A model generated the notes under the pieces. The model made no database searches, was not told the DNA's origin, and saw only the letters and a list, made by a program, of their open reading frames with translations. A DNA stretch of 64,000 nucleotides from NCBI GenBank assembly GCA_973895155.1, contig OZ316897.1, forward strand, positions 22,481,455-22,545,454, in the 5' to 3' direction. Positions 40,961 through 53,890 of this stretch are shown piece after piece. The position numbers were made by a program, and so were the translations under genes. This DNA comes from Marsupella aquatica. Lineage: Eukaryota > Plantae > Marchantiophyta. Within the stretch, counting starts at the first letter, position 1. Each line of letters opens with the position of its first letter.

Positions 40961-43049
40961 GGCCATGCTCTTTGGGATTGATGGAGATCCATGGATCAAC
41001 CCCACATTGACAGACAATATTACTTTTGAATTTCCTATAATCAAACAGCCAGGTATGAGGCTAAATGTGTTTGTTTGTGTGTGTGTGTGTGTGTTGGGGG
41101 GGGGGGATAATTGGGGGCTCAAACAATGTTTGTTATAGTTGGTTTAGACTTTGGAGTATTATTCCTGGATTATACATATAGTACTCATGAAACCGGGCAT
41201 GAAACTATAAGTTTAGAGGCTTGCACTTTTGCAAACACTGAGAGGAGAGTGCATGCCTGTCTGCATACTATAGGAAAAACTATCATTCTCTGGTCCTTAT
41301 TTTGCTTATCTATATAAAATATGTACCCTGAATATTGGGCGTAACATACACCCCTACGCAAATTTAAAGTCTTATCTATTCAGTATGATATTTGCAATTT
41401 TAAAAATTCAAGGGTGTTTCAATTCCTTGAAGAACTCTATTATAATTTACAAAAGGATAAAACTTAATAGGAAAAGTTAATATAATTTTTACATTAACAA
41501 GAAGATTTTTTTTTGTGAACAAAAATATTACTTAGAAGGGGTACACGGGGGTGTCTGTTCTCAGGGGGATCACTTAATATAGTAAGAGTGAGGGCCCGGG
41601 GGGATGCCCCCTTGTGAGACCTGCTCAACTATACAGGAATATTCCAAAAAAAAGTTATTTTTTAGCCATCCGTCAAAGATTCTATCCAACAAACGATAAA
41701 GTTTTGCGTTTGTTTTTGGCAATGTGGTGGCCACTAGAATTAGCAACTTGTACATCAAACAAATTAATTGCATTTCTAACTCAGTCTATATTTTGGTTAT
41801 TTTTGAGGTGGTCAAAATGGGGAAGTTTTTCAAGGTTTTACCCATCCGACCAAAAAGTTAATAAGTTTTTAGTCAAATTTGGGTGTTGATTTGGAATTGG
41901 TATCCCTGTAGTATCCAAGGACTCATTTTTTGCTTTTGATCTTAGTTTTTGCTGCAGCAGGAAAAATGCGAACTAAGTATGCTCACACTTCTTGATTGGT
42001 CCATCATTGCGTTACCCAAAAACATGGCCACAAACAATTAACTATGTGGTGACAACAACACCATGATGGCCATAATGATAATGCATGCATGGGTGTAATA
42101 TATAACAATATGGTTGCTATGTATGCAATTTAGACAAAACTGGACTTTTGAAAAATAATCCTAAATTCACTATATATGTATATAATTATATATCTAAATG
42201 ATTCATACTACTAGATACAAGTATAGACTTATTTATAGTCAAATATTTGACAACTTGAATACGTGATAATTATGTGCTGATTAACATAATATATTAATAT
42301 TAATATGTGTTTGATCTTGTATTGAGTTAATATAGTATTCTGGAAATCTAGAAATTGTCCGAATCCCAGTTGTCAACTTGTCACAACATAGGTGATAATA
42401 TAGGTGGCCTCAACAACACATAATACACAAGTTCAATAATTTTATTTGTCTCATTTGCATTTAACAAGAAGCCTTAAATGATGAGTAACAAGCCCATACT
42501 TTAGGAACTCTGACTTGCGAAAAAATCAGAAAACAACCAAAAACTCAGAAAAAGTGCCAAAATTAGCACCTGTTTTAGGACAAAAATATGAAATGAACAA
42601 AATATGACATCAACTGTTTATGTTTTCTAGAGCCTCAAAATCACCAAAATCAAGTGAAGTTACATTCCACCAATAAATGCCCTCAAATGCAACACTCTTA
42701 TCGACAATTGTCTCACAAAATTTACACGAGTTGTCTCTTGAGTGGACAACTAAATCACCTCCAAAAGTAGTTGTCGTTGAAAACCAGAAAATGAAAGACT
42801 ACCACTTAGCGTGATACACATTATTGTGAAAAGAAGACAAGGAGGATAGAAATGACACCATGTAATTGAATTAAAACAGAACCCACTAAGAAAATATTAA
42901 ACTACAAATTTCTCAAGAAACTTGAACCATGAATTTGTGAATAAGTGATAGAGATAATTTGAAAAATTGAAAATTTTGAAGTTATCCATATTTTTCAATG
43001 GTAATGTCACAAACAATAACTACTTTTCATTACGCAGATCCAGAAGTCC

Positions 43050-45600
43050 TCAATTCTTGAAACAAAATACCCCTAGATTGATCTCCTACTGGGGTTCTAG
43101 CTAATCAACTCTCTTGTTCTTGCTCTTTCTCTTCTGCCAAAAATTCAGTCAATCGGGGTTTGATTTGATCTGCTAATTTTTCGTACAATGTATCTTCTTC
43201 TCGTAGTTTACGGCTTCTGGTAAGTACTTGGCTTTCCAAGGATCTGACTTGGTCTTTACAGCATGGCATAAATGATGTAAAAATTATTTATGTTTTATGT
43301 TTTAAAACATAAATCATTTTTGGAATGTTGAACTCATGACGCTAGTCAATTCTTTCCACCTTGGCCACCCAAAATCTCTGTGCTTCCTCTCCAGCAACAG
43401 AAATAAAAGTGTTGACTTGAAGATTTGAAATGTCTCCTTCCATGTTCTCCTTCTCTGCATCTATCTTCCCTTGATTCCGTTAAGGACCCACGTTTATATC
43501 TTTGGTAGGTCTGTATGCTTTCTCTTCAATTTCCTCTTCATTGACAAGGCCTCTGGGAACTTCAGCATCAACAACAATCTCCTCTTGTGAACGTGGCCAT
43601 TGAGAAGGGAAAATCAAATGAATGGTCTTTGATCAAGGAGCAAGGATTTATTCAACTCCCGTTGTTCTTCAAAAAACCTTCTCCACTGGTTCACTTGCTC
43701 TTCTGAGAATAATGTTTCAACTGCAAGTATTCCACTTTGAATCTCATTTGACAAATCATCCATGTCCTTCAAAGTCATTCTTGAAGAACTAGACATATTT
43801 GGTTGAGTCCTTGTCACGCTCTTACCCCCCTTCTTGAAAAGTGATAATCCTGGAGTGCAACCTATGAATCACCTTTTCTGGCTACTCTTCCCGGGCCTCT
43901 TGCCTCAAAAATTTCATGCCTCTATCAGGTTTCCAAGTTGATTACGTGGAAAATGTTTTCCCCCATTGGGTTGGAACTTGATCTTCCAACTTGTCAAATG
44001 TAGATTTGTACTGGTGGTGAAAGGTAACATTTCAAATCCTTTCAATGACTAAAGGTGGATCTGAGAAGGCATATTGACAAAAATCATATGTTTCCTCTAA
44101 AAGAGTGATATTGGTTGGCCAGGGTTGATATGGCTCACATATAATATCACATAGGCTTTCGTATGTGAATGCCTAAAACCTTGCCAGTCGTTTAGAAAAT
44201 TGACTAAACATTTTCAATATCTATTTGGTCGTGTGTGTGTCCAGCCAATAAGAATCCTAGTTTGATTTTCCGAAAAACCTTTCTTTGAATCAACATATGA
44301 AGAAAGTCAAAGAGTAAAGTGTTTTTTTTCTCTCTACTGGTATTATCAAGTTGAAGATAGAGAACAGGTGGGAGGCCACCAGGCATTCCGATTTGTGAAA
44401 CACCCTTTGTAGGATTGTGACCGTCAAGTTTCCATCATTATGCAATACAGGATAATTAAGAAACACTCTTGAAAAGAGTGCATCATTGAAAATTGGACAT
44501 CCGACAACCTACATTTGGATCAAACATGTTTCATCCACTGATTTTGGAGGCCACAGCCAATGAGGCAACCTTGTCTTCTTCTAATCCATACCCATCAATG
44601 ACAATTCCCAAATATTTATCAGGATTTTAACAACATTTCTTCTGGTGCTTGGCAAGTTTCTCACGTTCTTTGGATTGTTGGTCTCTATGTTTTTGTAACA
44701 CAATCTCCCCTTGCCCTGGAAAAACAACTTGTTAATTTCTTCCAAAAAATAGAAATAATGTGCTAAGCCATATTTTCTTGAAACACATAACTTTTCAAAC
44801 ATAGAACTTACTTTTTTTGGTCTCCAAGATAGCTTGGTCCCAAATTGATTTGAACTCCTTGCAATCTGCACAAGCACTGAATCAATTGACTGGAGGGATC
44901 TTCACATGATTAAATTCTTGAGTCCAAACTTTCAAGAATTTTTGGTAGGATATTTTTTATGATTCATCAATCCTGACATAGTTGGAGTCGTAGATCTTCC
45001 ATACCTCCAGCTATTGTATGCTAACAAAAGCAAATATCATGATCAAATATATGCTAAAAACTTTGTGTTCGTTCCCATGGAAGAACAAGAATGGGATGAA
45101 AATATATTTTAAAGTGGTTTGAGTGCATGGTTTAGAGATGGTACTCAACATAGACAGTTATAAGAAAAATAAGATCTTAAACAAAACACAGACAATTAAC
45201 AAAATAGAAACAAAAATGATATTTGCTTAATAATAGAATCTTAGAGCTTTTAGAGGTATAGTTTAGCAATATTTAACTTCATCACCATGTCTTAAGAAAG
45301 AGCAATGGCATTATTTGAGACGTTGATAAGTCAAACATAACCTTGCTATAACTGCTCTCTAGGTTTCTATCATAAATCCAGGTTTAAGAAGTGTCTATGC
45401 TCACAAAACCCAAGATAAGTTTTGGATTGTGTGTATAGTAGTGTGTCATTAAAATGCCGGCAACAAGTTTCCTTCTTCAGCGATGCGCAATTCCAAAGAA
45501 AAACTAATGCACTTATTCAGTATACCACAATGGTACTTCAAATCCGTGAATTAAGAATGTTGCTATTTCTTAACATATAGATTTCTCTTTCTTGATTACA
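43050..45600 (-). pseudogene. Heavily decayed DDD (DUF7869/Sola-like) transposase, distant relative of the one at 58814
   Basis: Fragments IDGMD*KKTRLPHW, LHNDGNLTVTIL, VLYLQLDNTSREKKN, FLLAGHTHDQID, FWVAKV in the same order as the 58.8-61.2 kb transposase; boundaries approximate. Confidence 0.75.
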
Positions 45601-46089
45601 TGCCATACTTATCTTCCAAAGATAAGTCCTTCATGTAAATATAGAACTTGACAACAAATGTTGTACTAGTTTGAATTAGGCACTGACCAACGGATCTTCC
45701 AATACAAACACCAAGTTGTATTTTTATGAGTTTTACTTCTTACGGTAATTGCAACATGCATTACCATACAAAGGATGGGTAGACTCCTAGCACACGTAAT
45801 CAAATTTCAAGGCATGAAAATTTTCCTTGCAAAACTGTATTACAAGTACAAGGAACAAAACTCCAAGATGAGGAGATGCAAATAACTATCCACAGTGTCT
45901 CAAAATGAGACTGGTACAATCACAATAAGTAAACAAAAATTGTCGATTGGATAAGAAGAATGAAGAGACATGCCTCTTCATTTCCTACGTCTAAACTAAG
46001 TAAACTAAATACAACTTTGACTAAAGAATAGTCAAGTAATCAAAACTAGAATAAGCTAAATAAAAAGGTCTACAAACTAAAGAACCTCA

Positions 46090-46280
46090 TAGGGGTAGCA
46101 AGGATCATCAGTTATCAGCCACTGATAACTGATATCAGCGGCTGATATCAGTTATCAGTTTTTTCGCCGAATTTTTTTGAATCTCAACTGAGCAGCTGAG
46201 ATGACGACTTTGCACTTCCACGCATCTCATCTCAGCTAGGCAACTGACATTGACTCAATCTCAACTGACCTCGCCGAGAT
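46090..46280. repeat. Terminal-like segment with clustered ATCAGTTATCAG/CTGATAACTGAT inverted motifs (hAT-like end)
   Basis: TAGGGGTAG start followed by short subterminal repeats; partner end not found. Confidence 0.4.
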
Positions 46281-47833
46281 CGGCGTGCGGACAATTTTTT
46301 TAAAAAAAATTCTTGAAAATTAGTTCTCAGCATGCGGCTCCTCATTGTGTTCTTGATCCGTATCAATCCAAAGCAGTTGAATGTTCCTTATGGTCTCTTT
46401 TTCTATTCAATGCTTTCTTTCAATCTCCATAGCCCTTCAAAAAAATTCATGGCCTCCTTGTTCAGCCGTGGAGAGGCTCGTGCTGATAACGTGTGATAGG
46501 ATAATGAATAGTAACCGTCAATAGAATGAGTAGAGTCATGGTACATATAGGTGTGCAGGGTGACAGGTTGGTCAGGTCAATGGGTAGAGACTAACACTCA
46601 CGATAATGAATAAGTCATGGCTCACTGGTCTTCCGGATGGGATGTCCATCCGGTTTGATCCAAACAAAATAATCTGGTGGCCATGGAATGTCTGGGGCTG
46701 GAAGAGAGAAAGATGCAATGACCTTTCTACAATGGTAAACCCAACTTCACAAGTCAGGAGTCTCAATCAATGGCAATCTCAGCTTGTCGATAGGTAGCCA
46801 TAGAATACCACAAGAAATTGGAACCATGTCATAGGTATGTGGAAAAGGAAAAGACTCATGACCAAACATAAGTGGAGGTAAGGGAGGTGCAAGAGGAATG
46901 CGTGCATCGATGAGTGACGTGATCATCTTATCAAACTCGGCGAGGAAGGAAAAAAAGAGACTCAATATTGGCAACAGAAGAGACAATAGGAGGCTGAGAC
47001 ATCAAAGGGGTAAGAGCTATAAAGGATACACTGGGAGGCTCTACAATCTCAAGCTCAGTCTCGGGGATAAACTCAAGAATGTTTTCATTTCCTTCCCTGG
47101 TAGGAGAGGAAAATGAATCATTAGGGGGTGATAGGGTGGTATCCTTGATGGGGAAAAATGGATCTGGAGGGGGTATTGGTGAAGGGGGTAAAGGGGGTGT
47201 AGGTGTCGAGGGAAGAGGAAGTAAATGATCAACAATAGATATCTCCGGCTCATCCGCATCCATAGGGTGGTCAGGCTGTGGTGAAGGTGCAGGAGGTGAA
47301 GCATGAGGGGTGGGGTGGAATGAGACTCGGAAAGCAAAGTACAAATACGATCAAGTAATTGAATGGGAGTACAACTCAAGAGTATAGTGGCCTCATCTAC
47401 CAAATGTTGGTTGAAACCAGCCACACTAGCTAGTCTCTCGGCATCACCAACAAAATCAGTCCATGACGTGTAAGAAGTGGAAGCAACAAAAAAGGGAGAA
47501 GTCATCCCTAGTAAATCCGATGCTACAATTATCGGGAAGCACATAATCCAATGAGATTGCATTTACTGATAAGTGCACACCCTTTTTTTTAGTAAAGGAA
47601 AATTTGAACTTATGGACATCAAATTTATGGCAAGTATTCACATTTTGTGTAATGAGTCACACGGCTGCTCTCCTGTGGAGATGCCATTTATTAGTAAGTG
47701 AAAATTTTAGGGGATGTGCACTTATCAAGGAATGGAAAAACAAATTAGTGTAATCGGATAGTGAGAGTGTCACTTATCTAGAGTTTATTGTATTTGCATG
47801 TGCTCAAACTGTGTAAAACTAAAAAGAAGAAGT

Positions 47834-48256
47834 TTACAAAATGGCATTCGCCGCACTTGCAATTCTAGGCCACAAATCTGCACACTCCTTCGCAATTGGT
47901 CCCGTGATCGCAGATCCTTTCATCTCTCCCTTTGGATTCACGATGACTCTCGCATTATCTTCAAAGTACATAAACACGTCGTCTTTGCAGCGCCACGGCT
48001 TCCTTTGCCTAACAATGACAGCAGGCATGACCTTCTTTCTTAGATCAGGTTTCCCCTTCTTGACTGTGGCCATCACCAGATCACGTGCTGCAGCTGCGGG
48101 CAGCCTGTTCAGGTATCCTTTTACTCCTTTCACTGAGATAATATAAAGGTTCTTTGCACCAGTATTATTGGCACAATTCACCATAGCACTGACGGGCAGA
48201 GCAAGTGACATACAGAACTTGTTCCCGGAGGAACCTCTGCACCCTCACTTTGACAT
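47834..48256 (-). pseudogene. RPL23: Processed pseudogene of 60S ribosomal protein L23 (uL14)
   Basis: [21 protein letters not shown]...[14 protein letters not shown]...[21 protein letters not shown]...[22 protein letters not shown]; no introns; codon 4 is TGA; several R->C and G->R changes. Confidence 0.93.
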
Positions 48257-51019
48257 CATAATTGCTTCCTTTCAGACCGCTCCTGCTCTCAAAGACCCCG
48301 AGTGAATCAATCCCTCCTCCGCCTGCCTTAACTGGTGATAGTTTGTGGTTGTTACTCATTTTCTGCGCCCTTTTTGTGCGACAGTTTTTTTCTTAAGAAC
48401 ATCTTATGTGACACCACATCTATATTTTCTTAACGGCATCTTGGGCGACACAACATTAATTTTCTTAAATAACAACAGCTTGGGCGACACAACGTCTGTT
48501 TGTCTCAATGACATCTTCTTAGGAATTGACTCGAGTTCCTGACTATAGTTAGTCTGGCCTTACTAGGGTTAATTGACCCTTGGTTAGTCTTGTCACTCAT
48601 AGGTTACGGCAATTAGGCTAACTTACCACTGTTAGGGACTTAGGTGAGGTAAATAGGTTAGTAAGTAAGTTGTGTGTGACCTTGCATATACCAGGGCTAG
48701 TGTAAGCCACTTGTGTGATAATGCATGCTCATTGCAATGAAGTGGCTTGAGGGAGAGAGTGAGCTCATGTGTGGAGAGTGTTGGAGTATTTACAGTAAAG
48801 TAAAGAATGCTTGTATTACTGAGAAATGGGCTCAAAGCTTTATACAGTAGAGCCAACTGAAGTAAACAACTGACATGACACATGGCATACTATAAGATTG
48901 CATGGCCTACAATACTGCATCCCCTGATATATGGATGCACGCAACATGATTTAGTGAAATCTAACCTAGTACTCTATCTACTCTTCCACGTACGCAATCA
49001 ACTCAAATGCGGTGCGGCGCCTATTATGGTGCCGCGCGGGCTATCAACTCAATTGCGGTGCCAAGAGCGTAGTCTCTAATATTCTAATAAAAGTCATCCA
49101 AAGTCACATGAAAGAGTACACCAACTTGTAGAGAAATTCAAGAGTTCTAAGCTTACCTATCAGCTTGACCAACTCCTTCATTCTTGATGGAGTCGGACCA
49201 AGGGGCATGCCACTGGTCTCGAGGAGGGCACCCTCCAAAACCCTTGCATCTATGCCAACTATAGGGTTGCTCTTCACCCCGAAAAGGGAAAATCTGTGAA
49301 ATGGTGGAACCCATTCCCCAGGAATTGGACCCATGCCACACCTAAGGGCCATGGCCACTGGTTCTCTCTACATGGTGGTTCACATCTCGCATTTTGATGT
49401 GTGGTGGGTTCATAACCTTCCTGATTTTCTTGAATGCTATTTGTTGGTTTCCACTTACTCAGGCTCCTCAAGAGGGCATCATGAATGGCATGAACTTGCT
49501 CTAAGTATGCTTGTGAATTTCTGAATGCAATCTATCTTCTAAAGATTATTTTGGAGTTGCTTGATTTGTGTTCATTGTGTGCAGTATGGAAATTATTGAG
49601 TTGGTCAACATGTCTTATGCTAGGTTTCCACTATTTATCACCATGTGATCACAACAAAAGACAGATAGTGCAAGGATGAGTTTTGAATATTGTACCCAAT
49701 TGCCATGTTTGAGATCATGGAGTAAGTAAACATCTTCTACATATGTGACATTAACCCTGGGTTGGAGCCATGTCACACAAGTAGGTAATAAAGATTGAAA
49801 AAACTTAAAGATCATATTAAGCAGATTCCTTGTGATGGTGTGATATGAGTTGTATTATACTCAATAGCCCTTGTTAAGATGAGAAATTATCTATTTAAGT
49901 ATGTCCATTCAGTGCTCCTGTGGTCCTGTTTAGTTGGGTTCCGGAGAATACTCAAAATCTTGGCATGACCACTCTTTCTTGTTCCACTCTTGGAGTGACC
50001 AGGGCCATTTCTCACATCTTCTGAGACTGGCTGTTCTATTGTCCATCTCAACTCGGCCCTCTTTTTTTCAACGTATATGCTGGGGGCTCGAGTGGTTTTG
50101 TGGTCGTTTGTCAATACTCAACAATTTCCCACTTTCAATGGAGGAAGCGGTGTTGGTCGTCTCCATTATTTATGATAATTTTGGTAATTCATTCATTTTT
50201 ATGGTCTTTATTGCTGGTCTCTTGGTGCTGCCTTTGTGCTCCCAATATCAGACAAGCTTGTATTTGTTGACTCTATGGACAGATATGTTACTCTACGGTT
50301 GACTTCCACTAGGTTCTTTGAGTAGTGAATTCGTTTGTGTTTTTTCAACTATGAAAATGCTAGGTAAGCCCAACAATTGCCATTTTTGATCATGCTTTTG
50401 TGACCACTTTGGCACGAATGAATATCTACAACATGACATTTTTAAGAGTGGTTTAGGGCTATGGAGGATGTGGCACTTGAATGGTTTGAAGTTGCATGAA
50501 ATGATATTTATCGGACTCTAATATTAGTGTATAAGTTTGTAGTTCTACAATTTGTGGGGAGATTTACATATTCTACTAACAGTTATTGGAGAGTGACAAT
50601 TATTTAATCCACTCAATCTGATTCAAAGTTGTTTGTAAGAGTTTCTCTCTCTCTAACTAAAATGTTTTATTAATGATAACTGATTTATGTGGTTGACACC
50701 ACCTATGAGTTGTTTAAATAGGCAAAGCAGTTGGAGGGCTTGAGTGTTGTAAATTAGTGTAAATTAGTTGCCTAGGCTCTAACTCTCAATTTAATGTATG
50801 TTTTGTCCATGCTATTGTCCAAAAATGTAACCAATTCCATTAATACCAAATAGTGTGACTACTATTAACACAGTGACGGACCAAACGAGAAGTGTGACCA
50901 CACTTCTCGTTTTGCCCGCGGCGAAAAAAGTTTCTAAGGCAAAAAAGTCTTGGATACGGAATTAGTATTCCCACTAAAAACTAGTTTTTTGAATTGAAAA
51001 AATGGGAAAAATTGACACG

Positions 51020-51765
51020 AATACGAAGATGGGATACGGCGTATCCCATTTCGGATCGAACCACAGAATTCCAAAAAAAAAAAAAAAACGCAGTAAAATT
51101 GCCGATATTGGTTTACCCAACAAGAATATTCCAAAATGATTCTTCTCAACGGTAACATTTAACCGACTGCGATGCAACTATAGTCAAATACTAACCACAG
51201 TCAGTGAGAAAACTATAAATAGGAGATCACCGCTTGAGAATTTTACGCTCATTTTTTCTCGTTCTGTATACTCTTACTCTCGACGAATGCATACCGTCTA
51301 TACAAACTCGTATTCCCCAAAAATCAGTTTTGACGAACAGGTGAGAATCTTCCTGAAATGGCGAGGACGAATCCCAAATGGGATACGGCGTATCCCGTTT
51401 GGGATTCAACCCTCAAATTTCAAGTTTTGTTTCACATTAGCTTAAAAAGGAGGTTGGATGCGAAGTGGGATACGGGGTATCCCATGTCGCATCCAACCTC
51501 CGAATATGAAGTATCATAGACTCCAAATGTCAAAACCTCAATGTTGAATGCAAAATGGGATACGGCGTATCCCATTTGGGATTCACTCTTCAAATGTCCA
51601 GTTTGATTTATCTTTAGCTAAAAAAGGAGGTTGGATGCGAAGTGGGATACGGGGTATCCCATGTCGCATCCAACCTGCGAAAATGAAGCATCTTGGACTC
51701 CAAATGTCAAAACCTCAACGTTGATTGCGAAATGGGATACGGTGTATCCCGTTTGGGATTCACTC
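51020..51765. repeat. Array of ~40-bp palindromes (core TGGGATAC-N3-GTATCCCA), ~89-bp period
   Basis: Copies near 51030, 51380, 51465, 51558, 51645, 51735. Confidence 0.9.
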
Positions 51766-52471
51766 TTCAAATGTCCAGTTTTGATTGCCCATGTGGTATT
51801 TACTTAGAGTTTATTTGAATGATGGGAAAAACCTTATGGAGTACTGATTGTTTCGCAGACGAAGTTCAACTGAATTGTACGCACTGAAGTTCTTGCTGCC
51901 TTACAGTGACCGACACCCACTCAAGCTTAAGCTTTCCTTGAAAAATGAAGTTTTCTCTTGTGAGTCTAATGGCAGTCCAGAATCTAAACCTTGAGAAATG
52001 TGCTCGTCGATTGTATAAGCGATTAGTTGCACTCAAAGTTCTTCGTCCTGGATTAGGCGCGCTATGGACGGGAGGCGTGGATCCACATGATAGTTTGAAT
52101 CCACTCCGAATAGAGTTTTGTGAAAAAAATGAGGACGGAGTTCCGATTCGGTCGAGGATATGTTTGAGTGGTTGTCTGCACTCTGTTAATTCTTCTTGTA
52201 ACTATTGTCGTGATGCCCAAAACAAATATCATTGATTGGCATATTTTTGTTGTCGGATTTGGAACAAAGATCCTTGGGTTAACTTATCGCGTTGAATTTT
52301 CTTGATTAGTGTGTAAGTGTTTAGGTGAACGTTCTTGGGTCAAACATTTTGTGAATATATTTTTCTTTTGATCAAAGAAATAAAATCAATTTTTCCATCA
52401 CTGTTTTGTAGGTTGCTGATAAAGAGCTCACCATCTCATTTATTACTCCAGGTATCCACTCTTATTTTGGA

Positions 52472-53116
52472 ATGGCAGTCAATGAGAACCCTGTCTTTAC
52501 AAGGTTAGCGATGTCATTCGACAAAGAAAAGAAACAAATTCAACAAAAAAGTGGCCAAAGGGAATCCGGATTGCTTTTGGATGGACTTCCTGACGAGATT
52601 GTTGAAATGTTCATTTGGCCCATTTTGAAAGTTTGTTGTATAGAGGATGAGTTTGATTCCTCCAAGAACCAAGCTGATGAAAGATTAATGCGATTAAAAA
52701 CCATGGTGTGGCTTGGATGCACCTCCAAGAAATGGAACCAGCTCGTAATTTGTACACAAGTCTGGGGTATTCTTAGACTAGCAAAAAGCCAGTTTGAGGA
52801 AGTAAATGAAATGCTGACAAGCATTCCCGATGGAAAACCCCTTAAGAATGTTCATATTGAAGCTTTTGTTAGGATGGAAACTCCGAACCTTCCTCCAATC
52901 GATTTCAAGAAGACTGACACAATCTTGAGAAAGATGAGCAAGCGAGGCTCTTGGAAATGTATGGGGAAGCTTCTAGTCTGGTTTAGAGCCATCTTGAATG
53001 GGCTCTTTGTAAAGACTCTTTTTAAGAATATCAACTTAGTTTATTTTGTGGCACAATTCCGAATGAATAAAAAGTTTTGTGATTACCCTTGCATCAACCC
53101 AATTCGCTACGCGTAA
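52472..53116 (+). CDS. Transposon cargo ORF with an F-box-like motif
   Basis: LLDGLPDEIVEMFIWPIL ... LGCTSKKWNQLV resembles a split F-box; 214-aa open frame. Confidence 0.55.
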   Translation: MAVNENPVFTRLAMSFDKEKKQIQQKSGQRESGLLLDGLPDEIVEMFIWPILKVCCIEDEFDSSKNQADERLMRLKTMVWLGCTSKKWNQLVICTQVWGILRLAKSQFEEVNEMLTSIPDGKPLKNVHIEAFVRMETPNLPPIDFKKTDTILRKMSKRGSWKCMGKLLVWFRAILNGLFVKTLFKNINLVYFVAQFRMNKKFCDYPCINPIRYA

Positions 53117-53419
53117 AATCTATTTGGTTGAATACAAGGACTTGGGGATATGCCTTATCCCTAGACTCCAACCCTACGCTTTTGGATACACATTATCGCC
53201 TGTGGAAACATTATTGCCTGTGGATACGAAGGTGATAAAGTATAAATAGGAGTGCCTGGTCAGAAAAATTACTCTCATTTCTTTTTCTTCTCAACATTGT
53301 TTACCTCCGCGTTTTTCTCGGGCCGCAACATCTCTATAGCTTTTCGTATTTGCTCGAATCGAAACCAAAAAATAGGTAAAAACTGAGGAAACTCTCCCCT
53401 CCTCATTTGGTTAATTGTT

Positions 53420-53890
53420 GAATCCTGAGAGGGATACGCCGTATCCCCATTTGTATTCAACTCTATTATTTGGCCTTCTGTTCAATGTTGAATACGAGAT
53501 GGGATACGCGGTATCCCATCTCGCATTGAACACCATCTTTTTAGTCTTCCATCCGAACCTCCTCGCTCTTTCTTGACTTTGAATATGAAATGGGATACCG
53601 TGTATCCCATTTCGCATTCAACTCCCTCTTTTTTGTGCTTTGCATCAGACTCGAGGCAATTGTTGAGGTTGGATGCGAAGTGGGATACCGCGTATCCTAT
53701 TTCGCATTCAAGTCCCTCTTTTTCATTAATTGCATCAGACTCTGGACATTTGTTGTTGTTGGATGCGAAGTGGGATACCGCGTATCCCATTTTGCATTCA
53801 TCTCCCTCTTTTTCGTTCTTTGCATCAGACTTGGCAATTGTTGATGTTGGATGCAAAGTGGGATACCGCGTATCCCATCTCGCATTCAAC
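53420..53890. repeat. Palindrome array (~90-bp period) inside the predicted 5'-UTR intron 53376-53929
   Basis: Six GGGATAC-N3-GTATCCC units; TATAAATAGGAG at 53241; AG|GTAAAA donor and TTTTTCAG acceptor just before the ATG at 53934. Confidence 0.85.

Noticed and set aside
46931-47344. Pro-rich 137-aa ORF
   Set aside because: Low-complexity translation of G-rich TE-like sequence; no domain
48540-50400. Possible LTR-retrotransposon gag/LTR relic
   Set aside because: No paired LTR, PBS or diagnostic motif could be identified
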